Positions 57,170 to 64,000 of a stretch of DNA of 64,000 nucleotides are shown here, one piece after another; the first letter of the stretch is position 1, and each line of letters opens with the position of its first letter. Source of the DNA: the human T2T-CHM13v2.0 reference genome, Homo sapiens; NCBI RefSeq assembly GCF_009914755.1, contig NC_060939.1; one strand, 5' to 3'. A model generated the notes under the pieces. The model searched no databases. It worked only from the letters and a program-made list of their open reading frames with translations, and was not told the DNA's origin. Position numbers and translations under genes: made by a program.

Positions 57170-57375
57170 ACCTTTTCTTTGTGGCCGCTATCTCTTTACA
57201 AGTCTAATTTTTGCCAGGACAATTTTTTTATTCTTAAGATGTGGTTCTCTAAAAGTTTATCATGTGAAATTTTGGTTGGTTTCATTTTGCATTGGTTATT
57301 CACAAAAGTAATGTTCATTGCATTGGATAAAGGACTGATTATTTGTTTTTATTTTTTATTGCAAAAAGAAAACAT
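57170..57375 (-). repeat. Unit A, diverged inverted copy 3
   Basis: Reverse complement aligns: ATTACTTTTGTGAATAA..AATGCAAAAT..ATTTCACATG..AATTAGACTTG. Confidence 0.85.
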
Positions 57376-57681
57376 AAAGAAAAGGCATTTTCCATGGTAT
57401 GGTTAAAATGTCAGGAAGCTTTGTTACATTAAAATAGTTGTTTAAAATGTGGGAAAGCCTACAGATAGAAAAAAAACAAACAAAAAACATCCTTAGTTTC
57501 CAGGGGCAGGATCTTTAATAAGGAAAGATTTTCTCCAATAAGAGAGGCCCTTCACGGGAAGAAGAGTGGGGAGATCACATAGGGAAAGGGGCTGTTGGAC
57601 ACACCAGAGATCTGAAGCCACATGGGAAGAACCATCCCACTGGGGCCTAAATTAAAATGTCCAGATTGGCTCTGGGCACAT

Positions 57682-57826
57682 TTAACTAAATGTGTAGGGT
57701 AATAGTGTGCCTCTAGGTTTTGGAAGCTGAGGACTTACTTAGTGAGCGTTCTACCCACCTGTAGATCTTCCATTTTAGGAATTGAATAAGAAAAAAAAAT
57801 TAACAAATACAAAAAAATACACATAG
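57682..57826 (-). repeat. Inverted repeat B, right arm
   Basis: Near-perfect reverse complement of 56178-56321. Confidence 0.96.
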
Positions 57827-60314
57827 CAATTAATGTAGGTTGTTTACACATGATAATGTATGAGACCATCATAATGGTTATGGTCTCATATCATTAGGAG
57901 GACTCTATTCAAGAAAGGAGGATTTAACAGAGTATAGCTGGGGACAGTTAGTAGAAAAAATAAAATTGTTTCATGTTTGCCCCCGGAGTGAGCTGAGGCT
58001 CTTCAATGAACTGGTTCAGGTTGTAAAGGACATGGAGTAGAGACCGTGCCTGGCAAGACCCCAGGGACAGCAGCTGCTGCTACCACCCTTAGGTACAAGC
58101 AGGATCTGCCCAAGGCACTTGCACTTATGTTTCAGGGAGCAAAAGTCTATTTAATTTTGCTCTACAAAAGGGAGATGGGGCTTTATCAAAAGGAGCTGAT
58201 TACCTTCAGCCCTGGATCCAGGTGTATCTCCTTCCAGGTCCATGGAAGACATACTGGGTGACATCAGGAAGACATGAGAGGCTAGGCTCAGTGCCTCTCC
58301 AGTGGTTCCTGATTCAAAAACGGATGGTGCCCACCCACCCAGGAGGTGCTGGGGTGCTGTGGGAGGGTGGGGCTCCCACAGCTCTTAAGAGTATTATTGG
58401 CAAGTTATCCAGTCTTTCTGAGCCTTAGTTTCTTCCTTGGTAAAACAGGGATAATAATGATACCGACTTTATAGAAGTGCGAGAACTAACGCCTGCCAAA
58501 TAGTAGGGCACAATTAATGTTAGTGTCTTTTCTGCCCAATTGCCCAGTACAGAAAGTGTTGCTTCAGTAACCTAGGCGAATGCCAGGACTGATTCATAGG
58601 AATATCATAGATATATTCGCAACGTCTAAAATGATCTCGTTATAACAATGATCGTTTTTACAAAAATAAGATATATTGACTGTTTTGTATCCCATGAAGG
58701 TGAGGGGAGGGATTTTCCTAACTTTCCTTCCAGAATCCGCTGTTAGGGTGATGGACTCAGCACCTTTCTGTCCTCCCCTACCCGTCTTAAGAGTTCCTCG
58801 TCACAGAGTCGGAAATGGGGATAGAGCTTGGCCCAAGTTAGAATTTCCACCACTCCAGGGGCAGAATGCAGAAAGAAGAGAAAAGTAGCGGGGGGCCTGG
58901 CGCAGCTGCTAATGCGGTGCAGAAACTCTTTGAGCTGCCACCCTGGCAGGGCCGGCCTTGGGGGATGTGCCTGAGGATGGTGGGTGAGCAAAGCCACCTG
59001 CCCCGGCACAGAGCCTGCGGGTTGTGCTCTGCAAAGCCCTCCCGGTTTCATTCCCAGAGACCGGGCGAGAAAGGGCAAGCCAGGCAGCAGACGCTGGGGG
59101 GCGCGTGGCCAGGCTACCCGGATCGTCCAGCGCGGCATGGAGTCTGTGTGTCCTCACCAGTGCTGCGTGACAGGAGCCGGGCACCACCGACGCCATAGGC
59201 TTGTCGGTGTCTCAGCACTGACACCGTGTGGCCCTGAGAAAAAGCAGTGAGGGGTCCGCAGAAAGTCTTGGAGACGGGAGGTTGTCCCATTTCCTTTCCT
59301 CGGGATGTTAATCAGCATCCCTGGGACTTTCCTGGTTATCGCTGATGGCAGAAGTCCAGGAGGGAAAGGAATGTGTCTGAGCTCAAAGGCTGAAGGCTTC
59401 AAGACTTAGAAGTCAATTCGATCACTAATGAGAAAGAATGTAATCTCAAGGTGAACTCCAGAGTAGGGAGTGAGTGTGTATCGTGACCTTGGGGGCTAGT
59501 CATCACCCCAGCCTAGACAAAGATGATGTAAAACACCCGCGTCAGGGTTGTGACATCCTCCTGACGTCGAGGAGCGACCGCCCCTTCCCGGATGATGTGG
59601 CTCGCACAGCTTACACTTTCTCCACCTCCGCTGGCCGTACCTGCTTCAGTAAGTGGCCCTGCCATCCACCCAGTTGCGTAATGGATTAGTCAAGACTCTC
59701 TTAGTCATAGGTAGGAGCCAAACTGAACAAGCTGAGGCATAAAAAGCAATTTACTGCCTCACCTAGCTGGGCAAGAGGCCGAACTAACTCACAGGTTTGA
59801 CACAAGGAAGATTCTGGGAAGTTGGAGAAGAACAGAACCTGGGATTGGCAGCGGCCAGGGCTGTTTGTCCTGCCCTTGTCTCCTCTGTCCCCCTTCACCC
59901 ACTGGCCTCACTCTCTCTTTCTGTAGACAGCCCTCCTCCAGTGGTGGGGATACAGCCCCTGGCAGCCCAGGCTCAGCCACCCCAACATCAAGGGAGAAAT
60001 TTTTTCAACAGGAATCTTTCTAATAGGGAAGGGCTCAGATGGGCTTGCTCAAGTTAGGTGTCTGCCCCCCGAGGCAATCCCCAGTGGCAAGGAGATGACA
60101 CACTGAGATAGGCCAGTCCTGGTCACACCCTCTCTCCTAGGGCTGCTGGGCAGGAGTTGTCAACAGAGAAGAGTGACAGGAACACTTACTTGGCAGGCAC
60201 AAATCACAGGTTGCTGTGCTCCACTATGCAGATGATGACACCCTCAGATTTTTTCTCTTTAGTAAACTCTTAAAACTAGACATATACACAGAAAACTGCA
60301 TGAATTATGAGTGT

Positions 60315-60745
60315 GCAGTGTTTATTCACAAGAGCAAGGACATAGAATCAACCCAGGCACCCATCAAAAGTAGATTAAAGAAAATGTGGTGCATATACAC
60401 CATGGAATACTACACAGCCATAAAAAAGAACAAAATCGTGTCCTTTGCAGTACCATGGATAAGGCTGGAGGCTGTTACCTTAATTGAATTAACACAGAAA
60501 CAGAAAACTAAATACTACGTGTTCTTACTTGTAAGTGGCAGACACAAAGATGGGAAAAATAAACACCGGGAATTCCAAAAGCGGGGAGGGAGAGAGTGGG
60601 AGAAGGGTGGACAAACTGCCTATTGGGTACTATGTTCGCTACTTGGGTAGGGCCCAAACCTCAGTACCATGCGATATACCCATGTAACCCCAAACCTGTA
60701 CATGTACCCCCAGAATCTAAAATTTGTTTTAAAAAAGAAAATAAA
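60315..60745 (+). mobile_element. L1PB/L1MA 3' fragment
   Basis: AAGAAAATGTGGTGCATATACACCATGGAATACTAC...CATGTACCCCCAGAATCTAAAA. Confidence 0.88.
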
Positions 60746-60849
60746 TATGTATAGAAATAGCAGAATGTAAGATACCTTTAAGTTCACCTTTCAGAGATAA
60801 CACTGATGATGTTATCAGCATTTATTATTTTCTTTAAGGATCTCATTTC

Positions 60850-61028
60850 TATTTATTTATTTATATATATATATATTTTTAGAGACAAGGTCTCACTCTG
60901 TTGCCCAGGTTGGAGTGCAGTGATGCAGTCATAGTTCACTGCAGCCTCAAACTCCTCAGTTCAAGTGATCCACCTGCTTTGGCCTCCCACAGCGCTGGAA
61001 TTACAGGCATGAGCCAGCACACTCGGCC
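60850..61028 (-). mobile_element. Alu monomer or deleted Alu
   Basis: Reverse Alu sequence. Confidence 0.85.
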
Positions 61029-61646
61029 AAGAATCTCATTTTTTAGCCTCACTTTTAAAAAATAAAATAGAAAGTATACTGCATAAAGAAAAAAAATGTG
61101 CAGCTTCATTAAGTTTCCCTTTTGAACACACCCATGTAACAAGCATCCTGATGGAGAAACAGAACGTCACCAGCATCCTAGAAACCTTCCTTGGCTTCCT
61201 TCCAATCATGGCACACCTGTCTTCCAAAGGTAAATGCTATCCTGATTTCTGCTACTGTAATTAGTTTGATCAGTTTTGGCACTTTATACCAATGCAACTG
61301 TTCAATATTTTATTCTTCCATGCCTTGCTTCTTACATTCAACATTATGTTTATGAAACCCATCCATACTGTGTGTAATACAGAGTGTTTGTTTTCACGGC
61401 TGCATAATATTCCATTGCATGAATACTCCAAACATTATTTGCCCATTTTACTGTTGATAGACACCCTGGCCGTGAAGAGGAAAGTCCCAAGTGCCATTGG
61501 GTTGTGACAGTACTGTGAGAGACTTTACCTAGGCATTTATGTCTTTGAATTTTGCTTTGAATCATGTTCTTCTTTGAATATATGTGTAAATGCTGGCTGC
61601 TAATTAATATATAAGGTTGTCACATGAGTTTAAAAGCATTATTTCA

Positions 61647-61765
61647 GCCAAGCGCAGTGGTTCATGCTTGTAATCCCATCACTTTGGGAAGCTAGGCAGA
61701 AGAATTGCTTGAGCCCAAGAGTTCAAGACCAGCCTAAGCAACATAGCAGGACTTCTATAAATAAG
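61647..61765 (+). mobile_element. FLAM/Alu monomer
   Basis: Alu left-arm-like sequence. Confidence 0.8.
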
Positions 61766-61870
61766 AGCGTATTTTGTGGAAAGTTTTACGGAGTGACGAG
61801 TATGCTCTGTGCTCTTGGGGACCACTACTCCAGGCAATTAATTGTCCTGGCAACACCGTCACTTGGCAAC

Positions 61871-61903
61871 ACAGCCCCCTGGTGGCAGCCACCTGAACTG
61901 CAA
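61871..61903 (-). promoter_or_regulatory. CTCF site (core plus upstream module)
   Basis: TTGCAGTTC-N6-CTGCCACCAGGGGGCTGT. Confidence 0.75.
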
Positions 61904-63356
61904 TCTTACCTCAGAAAAAGTTAATTGCTGTTTTTCAAACCGGGCATTATAGCAAGTGTCACAACCCAGGACATAATTTATACTTAGACCAGTAATCATT
62001 TATGTGAATAAAAGTGCTCCATCTCCATGGCATTGTATCTAATCAGGATACAAGTCCATCTCTAAAATAATGATAAAAATTTTTTAAAGAACTACCATTT
62101 ATCAAGTACTTCCTGTGTCTGGTACCGTGCCACACCCTTCACATACAGTATTCAGCGTCATCCCTCCAGCAGTGCTGCGGAGTGGCCATTGTTGTCACCT
62201 TTTAGAGACAAGGAAGCAGAGGCTTGCAGATGTTCAGGAATCATCTCAAGGTAAATGGAGCCAGGATGGCTTCTCCCACAATCATGATCTCCTCTGCCCC
62301 CTGCGATTGGAGGCACCTGGCTGTTCCACGCTCACTCAAGGTTCATTCCCACAGACCAGCCCCCACCCCGAGGAGGGCTGGAGTCAGAGAAGAGCTCACT
62401 TTTTCTCCTGTGGCTCTCTGCTGGGAGGCACGTACTTCTAGTTCCTCTTCCCTCGTCCATACCGCCCAGGTGGACAAGTCGTTTTTCTGCTAGTAGAAGC
62501 CCAAGGCATTGTTCGGGGCACATTGTACTAGCGCCTGGGATTCATGTGGGTGTCTTCCCCATCTTTCTGTGCCCAGGCAGTGTCAGGTTGGCCTGTCCTC
62601 CGCCCCTCCTTGACTGCTCATGACCAGGTGGCAGGTAGAATAACCAACTTGCCCCACTTTGCCCAGGACCTTCTCCATTTTTGCACTGAAAATCTCCCAT
62701 CTCAGGAACCCCCTTGGCTCCAAACAAGCTGCCTTTCCCCCTGGATCTTGGGAAAGTCAGGCCCAAATTGCACCACAGATTCAGCTGTCCTAGATCCTGT
62801 GAGAGGATGAGAAACTCGTTAGGCCTCCTGGCTTATGATGCACTGGCCAATCCAGCAAACCAGAGCTCTGCGTTGGGATTGAGGATTAACAGGTGCTTGT
62901 CCTGCCTGTGAAAACAGTCCTTGGCAGCATGTAGGGTAGTCCAGCATGTGACTTCTGCAGGCAGGTGGCCTGGATTCAGATCCTGGCTCCACCTCCTGCT
63001 GGCTCTGTGGCCTTGAGCAGGTTATTTCACCAACCTGACCTCAGAACCCAACGCTTAGCACAGCACATACCTCACTGTGGCTGTTGTGAAAATTCAATGT
63101 GAAAATGCAGATGCTTGGAAGCATTCAGCCCACAGGTCGTGCGCCACAAATGACAGCCCTTGCCATTCCCTTTGCTTCTTCAGCTGCCAAACTGCCTCCC
63201 AAGTTCTGATCCTAAGACTTACTTATTTTTAGTATGAAATGCTTCATAAATACAAAGGAATATATATCACACATTCATATATAAAATGTGAAGAGTAACA
63301 AAATATATACCAATGTACTCAAACCTCCTCTCCTTCAGCTTAAAATAGAATATTAC

Positions 63357-63665
<309 letters not shown>

Positions 63666-64000
63666 AAGATTACCAATGCTTTTGTATATCCCTCTAATCA
63701 TAACCTTCCCTGTAATGATAATGAATCTGAATTTTGCCATTTCCTCACTTGAACGTATCATTTCTTCACTTTTTGTTATATGTTTACTACATACGTATGT
63801 ATTGCTGATAACGTATTGTTATGTTTGAGATATCTGGGTCCTGATGCAAATGCAATCATACTTATTTTCTTTTTTCACTCAACATTGTGTTTTTGAGATT
63901 CATCCATGTTAATATATGAAGCTGTAGTTCATTATTTTTCCTTGCTGTACAGCATTCCACTGTTTGAATGTGTGGTCATTCATTGATCTACTCCCCTATG

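Noticed and set aside
58756-58772. REST/RE1 half-sites TCAGCACC...CTGTCC
   Set aside because: Right half inverted with non-canonical spacing; likely chance

Overview
Human (primate) genomic DNA carrying the 5' part of PLA2G4E (cytosolic phospholipase A2 epsilon, a Ca2+-dependent N-acyltransferase) on the minus strand. Ten coding exons were reconstructed with GT-AG boundaries and continuous phase: 52509-52691, 15668-15740, 9710-9846, 7971-8102, 6919-6959, 4626-4668, 3127-3190, 2074-2252, 1887-1970 and 1494-1531. They encode the N-terminus, the C2 domain and the following Cys/basic region. The catalytic-domain exons lie left of the window. Intron 1 (~36.8 kb) and the ~11 kb upstream flank are filled with Alu, L1, L2, MIR, MaLR, LTR9, MER52, MER1 and Tigger3 repeats. 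I found no new multi-gene system. The best leads are: an in-frame optional exon in intron 2 whose frame depends on a 15-C homopolymer; a candidate alternative first exon in intron 1; a cluster of local direct and inverted duplications upstream of exon 1 plus another inverted pair in intron 1; an 18-bp in-exon tandem duplication; and a bipartite CTCF site. Repeat family names are from recognition, not a database search, and their edges are approximate unless a target-site duplication (TSD) is given.
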